Positions 31,802 to 31,842 of a DNA stretch of 31,842 nucleotides are shown in pieces. Numbering within the stretch: the stretch's first letter is position 1; every line of letters begins with the position of its first letter. This stretch comes from Bacteriovoracia bacterium (lineage in GTDB: Bacteria; Bdellovibrionota; Bacteriovoracia; Bacteriovoracales; Bacteriovoracaceae): contig JBKHVI010000031.1 of NCBI GenBank assembly GCA_046570105.1, positions 1 to 31,842 on the forward strand, given 5' to 3'. Below the pieces are notes generated by a model, which was given only the letters and a program-made list of their open reading frames with translations, was not told the DNA's origin and searched no databases. The position numbers and the translations under genes were made by a program.

Positions 31802-31842
31802 TTACACTTTAAGTGGCATGATAATGCCGAGAAAATCTGGAA
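31802..31842 (-). CDS. dnaN: DNA polymerase III beta clamp, C-terminal end (partial)
   Basis: Manual translation gives ...PDFLGIIMPLKV*, the typical beta-clamp C-terminus (MP-hydrophobic-K/R), directly upstream of recF. Confidence 0.88.
   Translation of the reverse strand, partial: PDFLGIIMPLKV

Overview
Core-genome window, probably close to oriC, from a bacterium inferred (gene order and protein style, no search run) to belong to Bdellovibrionota, likely Bacteriovoracaceae-like. There are three blocks. (1) Minus strand: dnaN(3' end)-recF-gyrB-gyrA-TPR lipoprotein-atpZ-like-atpI-like-atpB-atpE, ending at a bidirectional terminator. (2) Plus strand: mfd-parvulin PPIase-surA-like-pdxA-uvrA. 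(3) Minus strand: a complex I operon encoding only the membrane arm (nuoA-H-J-K-L-M-N; no nuoB/C/D/E/F/G/I), then five small overlapping membrane-protein genes, a 1079-aa membrane-anchored TPR protein and the 5' part of serS. The main find is the five small genes at 4161-6508. By manual alignment to the genuine Nuo proteins in this window, they are a second, highly diverged and shortened copy of the operon in the same order (NuoA'-H'-J'-K'-antiporter fragment'). The ORFs are intact and overlap each other, but the proton-transfer and quinone-site residues are largely lost. No RNA genes, mobile elements or CRISPR arrays were seen.
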